NCBI GenBank assembly: GCA_963843575.1
Contig: CAWJKZ010000019.1
Coordinates: forward strand, 64,001 to 128,000
Direction of reading: 5' to 3'
Source of the DNA: an uncultured Acidobacteriota bacterium
GTDB lineage: Bacteria > Acidobacteriota > UBA6911
Length of the DNA stretch: 64,000 nt
The stretch's first letter is position 1. Each line of letters opens with the position of its first letter. Both the position numbers and the translations under genes were made by a program. Below are positions 26,770 through 38,324 of this stretch, in pieces. The notes beneath the pieces were generated by a model. It did no database searches and was not told the origin of the DNA. It saw only the letters and a program-made list of their open reading frames with translations.

Positions 26770-29700
26770 ATGGCGCACCACATTTACACGGGCTCGTTTG
26801 CCGGCCTCGAAATGCGCTGGCTCGAAGAGGTCGCGTGCCTGCAGGCGGGAGACCCGCTACGCCCGGTGCCCGTGCTTGTAGGATCCAACATACTGGCGTC
26901 GCACCTCAAAGCGGTCCTGGCACGGAGCCGCCCCGCCGCCAACATACGGTTCTACACGTTTCTCGACCTCGTCAATACGCTCGCACGCGAGGAGACGTCG
27001 TCCCGCCCGCGCCTGCCGCGGTTGGGCGGTATCAGCTTCCTGGACGAATCGCTCGAGGCGGGGGTGCCCGAGGTGTTCGCGGGGGTCGCCACCTACCCGG
27101 GATTCCGCTCGAACCTGCTCGACACCTTCCGGGACCTCCGCGATGCGGGGATCGCGCCGGCGAACCTCGAACGGAGCCTGCCTGCCCTGGCGCGCGCGAC
27201 GCCGGACCGGGCGCCACACCTGAAGGGGCTGTCGGTGCTGTGGAGCCGGTTCCGGGAACACACGGAGCGTTTCCGCGACGTCGACGACGATTTCCGCTCT
27301 GCGCTGCGGTGCGCGTCGCGTGCGGCCGCCGTTCTCGGCAGCGGACGCCTGCTCGTCTACGGCATCTACGACGCGACCGGCCAGCAGGCCGACCTCCTGG
27401 CCGGCCTGAGGCAGTGGCTCGAGCTGGCCTATTTCATCCCGTTCGTGGATCCAGCGGAATCGCGCTTTGCCCAGGCGTTTCTGGATGCGCGCAGTGTGGA
27501 GCTGACTGTCGCCCCCGAGCGGGTCGCGGAGCCGGCCGGAGCTTCGACCCTGGGTCGGCTCGCGGAATGCGGATTCGGGTTCCGCGTCCGCTCGTGGGGC
27601 AACGCGGATTGCGCCCTGCCGGCGGACGGAAGCCTGCGGCTGGTTTCCGCGCCGGGACAGTCCAGGGCGGCGGTGGAGATCGTGCGCGAGGTCCTCACCG
27701 CGGTGCAGGACGGGACGGTGTCGGGCTTTCACGAAATCGCCGTTCTGTTCCGGCATCCGCGCGAGGAGGCGCCCATCGTCGCCGAGGCCCTCCGATTGCG
27801 AAGTATCCCTCATTTCCTCCACGGCGGGGAACCTTTCGAACAGAGGCCGCTATGCCGGGCCGTGCTGGCCTGTGCCGGCCTGGAGCCGGGGCAGCATGCC
27901 CGCGCGGGCGTGCTCGCCGCGATGGATTTCATCGCCGCGGCGCTCCCTCCCCGGGCCGGGCGCAGGTGGGACGCGCAACAGTGGCGCGCACTGACGGGCG
28001 ACGCCAGGTTCCTCGCCGGTTTGGATGGCTGGGACAAAGGGGCCGACACGCTCGTGCGCGACGCTCAACGCGACCTGGCCCGGGCCGAGTCCGGCACGGC
28101 CGCCGTCTCCGACGACGGCGAACCGCCGATGTCGCCCGCGCGCGCGCGGATCCGTCTCGAGCGCGCGCAATCGTTGCGGGAGGCGTGGCACACCCTGCGC
28201 GACGCGTCCTGCGGTTGGCCCCCGGCCCTTTCCTGGATCCAGTGGGCCGCGCTCCTGGAGGATCGCCTGGGCCCGCTCCTGGGCGACGCCGAAGACTGGC
28301 CCGCCTTCTCGTCTGTTCTCGACGAACTACGGTCTCTGGGGACGCTCCCGGAGCGGCGCCGGGTATCCCGCGCCCGCATGGTGTCGCTTCTGCGGGAATC
28401 CATCCGGGGCCACAGCCTGCCCGAAGGACGCTTCCGGGGCAACGGGGTGAACCTTCTGCCGCTCAGCGTCGCCCGCGGCGTCCGTTTCGCCGTGACCATC
28501 GTGCCTGGCCTGGAGGAAGGGTCCTTCCCCGCGCGGCCGCGGCAGGATCCGCTGCTGTTCGACACGGAGCGCGCGGCGATCGGGGACCTGTTCTCGACAC
28601 TCCCCCTCAAGGCTCGACGCCGCGAAGAGGAAACGCTCCTGTTCGACATGGCTGCGAGGTCGGCCGAGAAGCGGTTGGTCCTCGTCACCTCCAGGCTCGA
28701 CGAACGCACCGACCGTGAACGCATACCATCTGAATTTTTCCTCCGGGTTGCCGAGGCTGCGGCCCGCTCCCCGCTCACGCTGCGCGATCTGAAAGCAGGC
28801 CGCGTCCCGGGATTCCGCTCCGTCAACCTGGAGAACCCGGCGCCGGACCCGGGCCAGGTTGCCGTCGACGAAGGCGAGATGCGCCTCAGGCTGATCACCC
28901 GCAACCGGGACGAGGCGGCCGCTGCCCTGAGCGCCCTCGCCGCCGCGGATCCCGCGCTGCTGGAACGCAGCAGGGCCTTCGACCGCGCGCGCTGGACGAG
29001 ACGGCTGACCGAATTCGACGGCCGGATCGTCGACCCCGAGCTGACCCGCTGGGTCGGCTCGACCAAGGGATCGACCGCGGGACAGGTCTCGGCCACCCGC
29101 GTCGAGGAGTACGTCCGTTGCCCCTATCTGTTCTACCTGAAGCGGGTGGTCGGGCTCGAGCCATGGCAGGAGCCGGAGCCGTCGCAGGTCCTGGACCCCC
29201 TGGTCCGCGGCTCGCAGGTCCACGCCGTGCTCGAGGGCTTCGTGCGCGGCCTGGAAGGACGCCCTCTGTCGACCGAACCGCAGGCGAAGCTCGGAAGCCG
29301 CGCTGCTCGAACTGTCCCGGCGGACCCTGGACAGCGTGCGCCCGCCCGGCATGCCGGACCTGCTGTGGGAACTGGAACAGGAGGGGGTAGACCGGATCCT
29401 GCGCGAGTGGCTGATCTTCGAGCGGGAGAGGGAAGAGAGCGGCCTCGTGCCCCGTCTCCTGGAGCACCCGTTTGGCCAGGTTTCGGCCGAAACCGCCCGG
29501 GCCCCTTTCCGACTCCAGGCCGGGCGCCACACCTTCGAGTTCCGCGGCAAGATCGATCGTGTCGACCTTGCCCCCGACGGCAGGCGGGCACGCGTCGTCG
29601 ACTACAAAACCGGCCGCCTGCCGCCCACCATGAGGCGCCGGAAGCGACCGGTGCTCATGTGCGGCGAGAAGATCCAGATCGCCGTCTACTGGGGTGCGCT

Positions 29701-30040
29701 GCAGGGCGACTATCCCGGGATCGAGGAAATATCCGGGGAGTACCTGCACCTGCAGCAGCAGGAGGGCAAGGTCGTGCCTTGTTCGTTCGACGACCAGGAA
29801 CTGCGCGCCGGGGTCGACCGGCTCGGCGAAATCCTGGAGATCGTCGGGGACGGCATTGACGACGGCATGTTCTTCGCGCGCACCGGCGGCGCTGTGTACG
29901 ACGATCACTGTCTGCACTGCAAGTACCTCCCCGTCTGCGGCAAAGACGTCGGGCGCCGCGCCGAAACGAAGGCGCACGACCCCGCGGTGCGCACGTTTGA
30001 GAGGCTGGCCGAGATCGACGAACCCTGGGAGGACGCGTGA
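26770..30040 (+). CDS. addB: AddB/RexB-like inactivated helicase plus PD-(D/E)XK nuclease (frameshift near 29293)
   Basis: VSATRVEEYVRCPY, GSQVH, RGKIDRVD..VVDYKTG, QIAVY, C-terminal CLHCKYLPVC (Fe-S staple Cys set); adjacent to addA. Confidence 0.8.
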
Positions 30041-33000
30041 TCCCCGATCAGCCACAGCGCGACAGGGCCGTGCGCGAGACGCGGAGGTCGTTCGTCGTGG
30101 AGGCTTCGGCGGGAACCGGCAAGACCCGGACTCTGGTCGACCGCATCCTCCACCTGGTGCTGCGCGAGGGACCTTCAGGGCCGCCGATCAGACTCGTACA
30201 AGTCTGCGCGATCACTTTCACGGAGAAGGCCGCCGGCGAAATGAAGATCCGGTTGCGGCAGGAGTTCGAGGAGGCGACCCGGGACGAGGCGGTCCGCCCC
30301 CTGGCGCAGCAGGCCCTGTACGATCTCGAATCCGCCGCGATCTCGACCTTCCACTCCCTGGCGGTCTCGCTGCTGAAAGAGAGGCCCATCGAGGCAGGGC
30401 TCGATCCGCAGTTCACCGCGCTGGACGAAATCCAGAGCGGTTTGCTCTTTGACGAGCTGTGGGAAGAGTGGATCCGCGACGTCCTGGTGGCGCGCCGGGG
30501 CCCGATCGAGGCTGCGCTCCGCGGCGGATTCAGCCTGGGCGGTTTGAAATCGATCGCCTCCGGCCTGAGGCTCCACGCCCCCCTGGCGACCCGCCTCGAG
30601 CTGCCCCCCCCGGCGACCGAGGAGGATGTCCTCCATACCCGCGCCAGCCTGCTGAGCGAGGCACACTCCTTGCGCTGCCGCGCCACACGCCCGGACGACA
30701 AGCTCCTCCTGCGGCTGGCGGACACCATCGCCTGGTTGGAGAGCCCGCTCGGGTGCGCTCCCCCGGGCAAACCCGGGAATACCGGCAGGGCGGATCGCTG
30801 GTCCGGCGGCGCCGACACCGTGCGCCAGGTGCAGGACTTCGTCCGCAGAACCGCCGAGTTCGCCAGCGAGTCCTCCGGATACGAACGCCAGCGCCTTCTC
30901 GATACGGTCGTCCGGTGGCTTCGGACGGACTTCCTCCACGCCTGGCAGCGGCGAAAGCAGGCCGAAGGCGTGGTCGACTTCGACGACCAGCTCGAGGCCG
31001 CGCGCAGCCTGCTGATCCGGAGCCGGGCCGCGCGCCGCGAGTTCCAGGATCGGTTCCGGACCCTCCTGGTGGACGAGTTCCAGGACACCGACCCGACCCA
31101 GTTGGATATCGTCCTGCTGCTCTCTTCCCCCGGCCTGGACGAGAACGATCCGTCGCGCCTGAAACCGGGGCCGGGCCGACTGTTCATCGTCGGGGACCCG
31201 AAACAGTCGATCTATCGGTTCCGGGGCGCCGACGTCGAGACCTACCTCGACGTGGTCGGAAGGTCCGGCGCGCTCGGCCTGGAATGTGTCGGCATTACCA
31301 CGAACTTCCGGTCCGTTCCCTCGCTTCTCCGCTTCGTGGACGCGGCATTCGAGGGCGTCATGTTGAAGAGCGGGGACGGACGGCGCCTACCAGGCGGACT
31401 ATCTCCCATTCGGCGCCGGCGCACGACAAGGGGAGCCGGCAGGGCCTTCGGTCCGGCTCGTCGGCGATCGCACGGAGGCGGGGAACCTCGCGGGTTCCGG
31501 GCCGCGACTGGGTCGACGTCGAGGCCGCGCGACTGGCGAAGTTGATCCGGCAGATCAAAGGCGGAAAGGACGAGTCGTGGTGGGTCGAGGAATCCCGCGG
31601 GGCCCCGGGCCGCCGGCGGCCGCCCGAGTATCACGACATCGCCATTCTTCTCCCCGTCCTCACCCACCTCGATGCGCTCGAGGAGCAGTTGCGGGACTGC
31701 AGGCATCCCTTACGTGCTCGAAGGGGGGAAGTTCTACTATGCGCGGTCGGAGGTGTCTTCAGCCCTGACCCTGCTCCGCGCCGTGTCGAACCCCAACGAC
31801 GAGGTCGCGCTTTACGGAGCCCTGCGCTCCATCTTTTTCGGGCTCTCGGACGAAGAGCTGCTGCGCGCGCGCCGCGCCGGCGTGCCGCTGGATTACCGAG
31901 TCGCGCCGCCTGAGGATTCCCCGCTGCGCCAACCCTTCGCGACTTCTGCTGCGACCTGCACGAGGGCCGGCTCAGGCGCCCTCCGTCGGAAACCTTCGAG
32001 CGCCTGCTGCACGGCACCGGCGCCCGGGAGGTCCTGGCGGTCCGCGGTTTCCAGTCCATCGCCAACCTGTACAAACTGGGGCGAACGCTGCGCTGGCTCC
32101 AGGAGAGAACGACTTTTTCAGAGGCCGTCGACACCCTCCTGAAGATGCACGAGGATAGCACCGCCGAGGCGGAGAGCCGCGTCATGGAGGAAACCGGGGA
32201 CGCCGTCCGGGTCCTGTCCATTCACAAGGCAAAGGGACTCGACTTCCCGATCGTACTCCTGGGAGGGCTTGGCGGAGAACGATTGCGCCGGACCTCCCGA
32301 ATTTCTGGCCGACGCGCATCGTCGGAAGATATTCGCGGTCAGGTTCGAGGGCATCGAAGGCCCAGGATGGCGCTATCTCAAGGAGGAGGACGAGAAGCGT
32401 GAGGACCAGGAACTGATCCGGCTGCTGTATGTGGCGCTGACGCGCGCGCGGGATCACCTCGTGCTGTCGACGCATCACCGCGGGAAATACGATCGCGCCG
32501 GCGACGCCTGGGCCGCCGACCTCAGTTCGACGCGCCTGGAGCCGCTGGCGCAGTTCCTGGCAGAAAGGGCTTGCCGGGACGAGGTCCTGGCGCGCTGTTG
32601 TCGACCCCCGCAGCCTCGACGCGGCGTATGACGCGCCTCCTCCCCGGCAGCCCGACCGCACGGGCGATTGGGCATCGGCGTTGCGACGCGAAGCCGCGGC
32701 CCTGGCGCGGCTCCGGACCGAGACCCCCGCCGCGCCGCCGCCCCACCCCCGCGGAGGAGCGCTCGGGGAAGCCCGCGCGGCGCATGTGCCGGACGACGCG
32801 CGCGACCGCGCCATCCGCTTCGGCGTCGCTTATCACGAGGCGATGGAGGCGGCCGACTTCAACCGGCCTTTCGGGGCCAGGGCGTGGGCGGTCGATGCTG
32901 CCCGGCGCCATTGCATCGACGCCCCAGGCGTGGATGCGCTGGAAGAACTCGTGAGTCGGACGCTGGCGTCGCCCACCCTGGAGCGTGCCCGCCGGGCAGT

Positions 33001-33295
33001 GTCGGCGGGGCGCGCGGCTTGGCGCGAACTGCCTTTTGTCCGGCAGGTGCCCGACACGGCCGGGTTCCGGGAGGGGAAGATCGATCTCCTGTTCGAGGAA
33101 GACGGGGGATGGGTGCTGGTGGACTACAAGACCGACAAAGTGCCCCCGGACGGGCCCCGCCTCTTCGCCGAACGGTACAGGGCGCAGATCCAGGAGTACA
33201 GGGCCGCGCTGCGCGAACTGGGGATGACGGTGAAAGCGGCCTACCTGCTGCTGGCACGCACCGGCGAGACGGTCGAGATCGCCGACCTGCCCTGA
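30037..33295 (+). CDS. addA: AddA/RexA-like UvrD helicase-nuclease (many frameshifts between 31380 and 32700)
   Basis: ASAGTGKT, ITFTEKAAGEM, LVDEFQDT, VGDPKQSIYRFRGAD, TNFRS, SIHKAKGLDFP, LLYVALTRARD, GKIDLL..LVDYKTD. Confidence 0.85.
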
Positions 33296-33306
33296 CGCGG
33301 GCGCCC

Positions 33307-34371
33307 TCAGCCCCGCAGCGTGCGGCCCGCCAGCTGGCCGCAGGCCGCCTGGACGTCGGCCCCGCCACTGTAGCGCTTGTGCGAGGGGAAGCCGTGGGCG
33401 CTGAGAACCGCCCGGTAGGCGGCTTCCGTCGGCCCGGACACGCGCGCGAACGGCTCGGCCGCCCCGGTCCCGGCGGGATTGTATTCGAGGATGCTGATGC
33501 GCGGCCGCAAACCCGTCCTGGAGCGGAAATCATCTGCCAGCCCGGCGAGCGCCCTCGCGTCCTCTTCCGAATCGTTGATGCCGTCGAGCAGCGTGACCGC
33601 CCACATGGGGGACATGCGGGTTGTCGCCGCGTGTTCGACGGCCGCCTCGAGCACCTCCTGGAGGGGGTGGGCGTGGTCGATCGGCATGAGACTGGCCCGC
33701 ACGGACCGTCGCGGGCTGGCAATCGAGATGGCCAGCCTCGCCTTGGGCACTTCCCGCGCGATCCGGCGGATGCCGGCCGGCAGCCCGGCCGTGCAGATCG
33801 TGATGGCGCGGCCGTCGATGGCGGGGCCGCTGGGCTCGCAGGCCACCCGGATCGCTTCGATCACGTTGTCGAGGTTGGCCAGGGGCTCCCCCATCCCCTG
33901 GAACACGACCCCGTGGACGCGCTGCCGCAGCGAGCGGTCCAGGGTGCGCCGCACGACACGGATCTGCTCCACGATCTCCCATGCCTCGAGGTTGCGGGCG
34001 AGACCGAGCTGCCCGGTTGCACAGAAGGCGCAACGCAGGCCGCACCCCGCCTGCGAACTGACACATACCGAAAACCGCCCAGGCTTCTCGAGCGGGATCC
34101 GCACCGCTTCCACCACCGCGCCGTCCGGCGCCTCCAGCGCGTACTTCACGAAGGGGTCGAGACGGCTGGCGCGCGTCTCCCGCACTGCCAGCGCCGGAAT
34201 CGTGGTCGAGGCGCGCACACGGTCCAGACTGACGCGCCGCACTCCGCGGACGGCTGCCGGCAGATGGTCGTGACGGTGCACTGCCCCCACGATCCGGCGC
34301 GCTTCCTCGAGAGGAAGGTCCGGAATCGCGCCGCACAATGTCTGGGGGGTCACCCCTTGCAGACAGAGCAT
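33307..34371 (-). CDS. RlmN/Cfr-family radical SAM methyltransferase (divergent)
   Basis: CVSSQAGCGLRCAFCATG, GMGEP, GINDS, AACGQL. Confidence 0.85.
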   Translation of the reverse strand: MLCLQGVTPQTLCGAIPDLPLEEARRIVGAVHRHDHLPAAVRGVRRVSLDRVRASTTIPALAVRETRASRLDPFVKYALEAPDGAVVEAVRIPLEKPGRFSVCVSSQAGCGLRCAFCATGQLGLARNLEAWEIVEQIRVVRRTLDRSLRQRVHGVVFQGMGEPLANLDNVIEAIRVACEPSGPAIDGRAITICTAGLPAGIRRIAREVPKARLAISIASPRRSVRASLMPIDHAHPLQEVLEAAVEHAATTRMSPMWAVTLLDGINDSEEDARALAGLADDFRSRTGLRPRISILEYNPAGTGAAEPFARVSGPTEAAYRAVLSAHGFPSHKRYSGGADVQAACGQLAGRTLRG

Positions 34372-34434
34372 TGTTGGTCACCAGCGGGGAGGTGTGGGAA
34401 AACGCCGCCGCGCGCCCCCGACCGCCGAAAGTAC

Positions 34435-34462
34435 TTGACGGACTCGATTGTCCGCGTAAAAT
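34435..34462 (+). promoter_or_regulatory. Sigma70-type promoter
   Basis: TTGACG-N16-TAAAAT upstream of the small Zn-ribbon gene. Confidence 0.55.
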
Positions 34463-34519
34463 TACCAGCTTTTGTCTCTTTTTTGCAGTACGCAATCCTC
34501 AAGAAGGGAGGACGGGAGC

Positions 34520-34699
34520 ATGGCGGAGAAACTTTCGAAGACGGCGCGCGCGAGCATGGGCGACAAAGGACATCGCTATGAGCACATGTGTCCGCAGTGC
34601 GGCACATCGATGGTCGCGACCAAGGTCATGAAGTATCGCGAGACGCCGGGCGGCATGTACTGGATCTGCCCCAAAGACGACCACCGCATCAAGATCTGA
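34520..34699 (+). CDS. Small (59 aa) zinc-ribbon-like protein
   Basis: CPQC..WICPKDDH; strong RBS (ggagg/gggag), own promoter and terminator. Confidence 0.75.
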   Translation: MAEKLSKTARASMGDKGHRYEHMCPQCGTSMVATKVMKYRETPGGMYWICPKDDHRIKI

Positions 34700-34725
34700 C
34701 CCGGCCTCTGCCGGCTACAAGCCCG

Positions 34726-34755
34726 GGCAGTCGCCGCAAACGACTGCCTTTTTTT
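34726..34755 (+). terminator. Intrinsic terminator
   Basis: ggcagtcg-ccgcaaa-cgactgcc followed by T7. Confidence 0.85.
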
Positions 34756-34824
34756 CTGTCCGGCCGCACCTTACCCGCACGATCTGGTACACTTTTCTCT
34801 ACAACCTTGCTGGACGGAGACTCT

Positions 34825-35370
34825 ATGAAAATACGAATTGCGTTCGGAATTCTCGGCATCGCGGTGGCGCTGGCCGCCGTCACCGCCGCCGCGCCGCAAG
34901 CCGGGAGCCTCACGGAGGCGATCGCGGTGATCAGCCCGGCCTCGGGCAGCAGCTGCAAAGGGACGGTACGTTTCACCGACACGGAAAGCGGGATGAAGGT
35001 CGTCGCGGACCTCGAAGGGCTCACCCCGAACGGCAAGCACGGCTTCCACGTGCACGAGTTCGGCGACTGCAGCGCCCCGGATGCCACGAGCGCCGGCAGC
35101 CACTACGACGCGGAAGGCACCAAACACCACGGCAAGCCCGACGACCAGATGAACATGAAGCACTCCGGCGATCTGGGCAACATCGAGGCCGACGCGAACG
35201 GCAAGGCGCACTACGAGGTCACGATCCAGGGCGTCTCGATAGCCGGGCCGCGGGCCCCTATCGTCGGTCGCGGCGTCATCGTCCACGCCAAGCCGGACGA
35301 CTTCGGCCAACCCGTCGGCAACGCGGGGGGACGCATCGGCTGCGGCGTCATCGGCGTGGCCAAACGTTAA
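34825..35370 (+). CDS. sodC: Periplasmic Cu/Zn superoxide dismutase
   Basis: Signal peptide, HGFHVHEFGDC, SAGSH, HSGDLGN, VHAKPDD, GNAGGRIGCGVI. Confidence 0.95.
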   Translation: MKIRIAFGILGIAVALAAVTAAAPQAGSLTEAIAVISPASGSSCKGTVRFTDTESGMKVVADLEGLTPNGKHGFHVHEFGDCSAPDATSAGSHYDAEGTKHHGKPDDQMNMKHSGDLGNIEADANGKAHYEVTIQGVSIAGPRAPIVGRGVIVHAKPDDFGQPVGNAGGRIGCGVIGVAKR

Positions 35371-35372
35371 TT

Positions 35373-35397
35373 TGGAGTGCGGCGCCTCGGCGCCGCT
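35373..35397. repeat. GGAGTGCG-family REP (single arm)
   Basis: tggagtgcggcgcctcggcgccgct immediately after the sodC stop. Confidence 0.65.
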
Positions 35398-35557
35398 CCC
35401 CCCCGGCAATCGCCTGTGTCCCCAAGGCTGCCTCCATATTTCCGACACAGAAATCCCCCCGGCATTTCAGAAGCTCGCCGATCCGCTACCTGCATGTTAG
35501 GATAGGTCGTCTAACGTTCGAGATCGCCTGACGTGCACCCTTCTTGCAGGGAGTGCC

Positions 35558-38180
35558 ATGAAGCCCATCCACACCTTCTCCGTCATCCCGAAACTCCCAG
35601 TGCCGCTCGAGAGACTGCGGGAGCTGGCGTACAACCTGAACTGGGCCTGGAACCACGACACGATCGAGCTGTTCCGGAGGCTGGACAGCGACCTGTGGGA
35701 GACTTCCGGGCACAATCCGGTGCTGATGCTCGGCACCATCGAGCAGGGGAGGCTCGAGGTGCTGGCAGTCGACGAGTCGTTCCGGGCGCACCTCGACCGG
35801 GTCTGCCGGCAGTTCGACGAGTACATGGCCGGCGCCTCGACCCCGTACCGGCGGGCGCACGGCGCCCCGCAAGGACCGCTGGTCGCCTACCTCTCCGCCG
35901 AGTTCGGGCTCACCGAGTGCCTGTCGATATTCGCGGGGGGACTCGGCGTGCTGGCGGGCGACCACCTGAAGTCCGCGAGCGATCTCGGGGTGCCCCTGGT
36001 CGGCGTCGGCCTCCTTTATCAGCAGGGCTACTTCCGGCAGTATCTGAACTCCGCCGGGTGGCAGCAGGAAGCGTACGAGGACAACGACTTCCACAACCTG
36101 CCCATGACGCTCGAGCGTGCGCCCGACGGGAGGGCACTCAAGGTGGAGGTGTTCTATCCCGGGAATCGGGTCGTCGCCCAGGTATGGCGCGTGCAGGTGG
36201 GAAGAGTCCCGCTGTACCTGCTCGACACCAACATCGCGGAAAACACGCGCGCCGAGGACCGGGACATCACCGACCAGCTCTACGGCGGCGACCTCGACAT
36301 GCGCATCCGGCAGGAAATCCTGCTCGGCATCGGCGGCTTCCGGGCGTTGCAGGCGCTGGGGCTCACCCCGACGATCTACCACATGAACGAAGGGCACTCG
36401 GCCTTCGTCTCGCTGGAACTCACCCGCCGCCTGATGGAAACGCAGCGGATGACTTTCGCCGACGCCCGCCAGTTGGCCTCTTCCGCGCTGATCTTCACGA
36501 CCCACACGCCCGTCGAGGCGGGGCACGATTATTTTCCCCCGCACCTGATGGACCGCTACTTCGTCGAGTACATCGCCAGGCTCGGCATCCCGCGCGGCGA
36601 ATTCCTGGCCCTCGGGAGGCGCAACCCTGGCAACGACGGCGAGAGTTTCTGCATGACCATCCTCGCCCTCCGGATGGCTGCCTTCAGCAACGGCGTCAGC
36701 AGGCTGCACGGCGAGGTGAGCCGGCACGTGTGGACGGGAATCTGGCCCGGCATCTCGCCGGAGGAGACGCCCATCGGGCACGTCACCAACGGCGTCCATT
36801 TCCGGTCGTGGATCTCCAACGAGATGAACCAGCTCTACGACCGCTACCTCGGGCCCACGTGGCACGACCAGATCGCCGACACGGCCGTATGGCGCAGGGT
36901 CGACAGCATCCCCGCCGAGGAGCTGTGGCGCACACACGCGCGGCGCCGGGAACGGCTGGTGGCCTTTGCTCGGCGCCGGTTGCACGCGCAACTGAAACGC
37001 CGGGGTGCCCCGCAGGTGGAAATCGATCAGGCCGAAGAGGTGCTCGACCCCGACGTGCTGACCATCGGCTTCGCCCGCCGCTTCGCCACCTACAAACGCG
37101 CGACCCTGTTCATGCGCGACCAGGAGCGCCTTGCGCGCATCCTCAACCACCCCGATCGGCCCGTGCAGATCATCTTCGCCGGCAAGGCGCACCCGCGCGA
37201 CGATCAGGGTAAGGAACTGATCCGCCAGATCGCGTCGCTGGCCCGCCAGCCGGCGTTCCGCCGCCGCATGGTTTTCATCGAAGACTACGAGATGAGCGTG
37301 ACCCGTTACCTCGTCCAGGGCGTCGACGTGTGGCTCAACACGCCCCTGAGGCCGAACGAGGCCAGCGGAACCAGCGGGATGAAAGCCGTCGCCAACGGCG
37401 TCCTGAACCTCAGCACGCTCGACGGCTGGTGGGAAGAGGCCTGGCAGATGCGGCGCAGGAACACCGAGCCGCTGGGGTGGGCTATCGGCAAGGGCGAAGT
37501 ATTCGACAACCGCGACTACCAGGACCAGGTGGAGGCCGACGCCCTCTACGAGTTGCTCGAACGCGACATCGTCCCGACTTTCTACGACAGGAAATCCGAC
37601 CGGATCCCCCGCAGGTGGATCTCGCGCATGAAGTCCTCCATCGGTGCTCTCTGCCCGTTCTTCAATACCCACCGGATGGTGCGCGACTACACGCGACCGG
37701 TTCTACCTCGTCGCCAAGGGCAACTATGACCACCTCGCCGGGAACGCCGGTGCCCCGGCGCGCAGCCTGTCGTCCTGGCTCGAGCGCGTACGCGCCGCCT
37801 GGCCTCAGATCGCGCTGCAGCTGCTCGACCCGACCCTGCCGCCCGAGGTTGCCGTCGGCCAGGGCGTCACCGTCCAGGCACGCGTCCGCACCGGCTCCCT
37901 GCGGCCGGAAGATCTCAAGGTCGAGCTCTACGTGGGCAAGCTGAACGCGGACGGCGAAATCGTGGGCCCTATCACCACGACAATGTCCCCCGTGCGGCAG
38001 GAGGACGGGGAATACTACATCTACGAGGCGGACAACGTGGCGTGTGCCATCAGCGGGATGCACGGCTTTACCGCACGAGTCCTGCCACAGCACCCCGACC
38101 TGACGGCTCCCTTTGTCCCCGGCCTGATCGCCTGGGCGACGGAAATGCAGAGGCCGGAAGCCAGAAGCCAGAAGTATTAA
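35558..38180 (+). CDS. glgP: Alpha-glucan (glycogen) phosphorylase (frameshift near 37692)
   Basis: GGLGVLAGDHLKSASD, HMNEGH, FARRFATYKRA, EASGTSGMKA (PLP Lys); C-terminus continues in ORF 37644-38180. Confidence 0.93.
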
Positions 38181-38324
38181 CCGGAAGCCGGAAGTATTGA
38201 GAGGACTTCGAGCCTGGAGGTGAGTGCGGGGATCTCACCTCGAAAACTCGAAGCCCTCGAAGATTCTCCAAACACCCGATTTTAAAACACGTCGGTGTGT
38301 TTCTGAACCAAGGGACTGAGGGTC

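Noticed and set aside
26770-33295. Helicase plus Cas4-like Fe-S nuclease as a defence or CRISPR module
   Set aside because: Domain order and tandem arrangement match housekeeping AddAB.
37685-37700. Programmed frameshifting in glgP, addB or the HerA-like gene
   Set aside because: No slippery heptamers or stimulatory structures are evident, and the indel density elsewhere points to sequencing error.
38195-38320. Possible sRNA or ctcgaag-type short repeat family (similar tracts near 7880, 15730 and 60470)
   Set aside because: Too degenerate to define by eye; most simply terminator or spacer sequence between genes.
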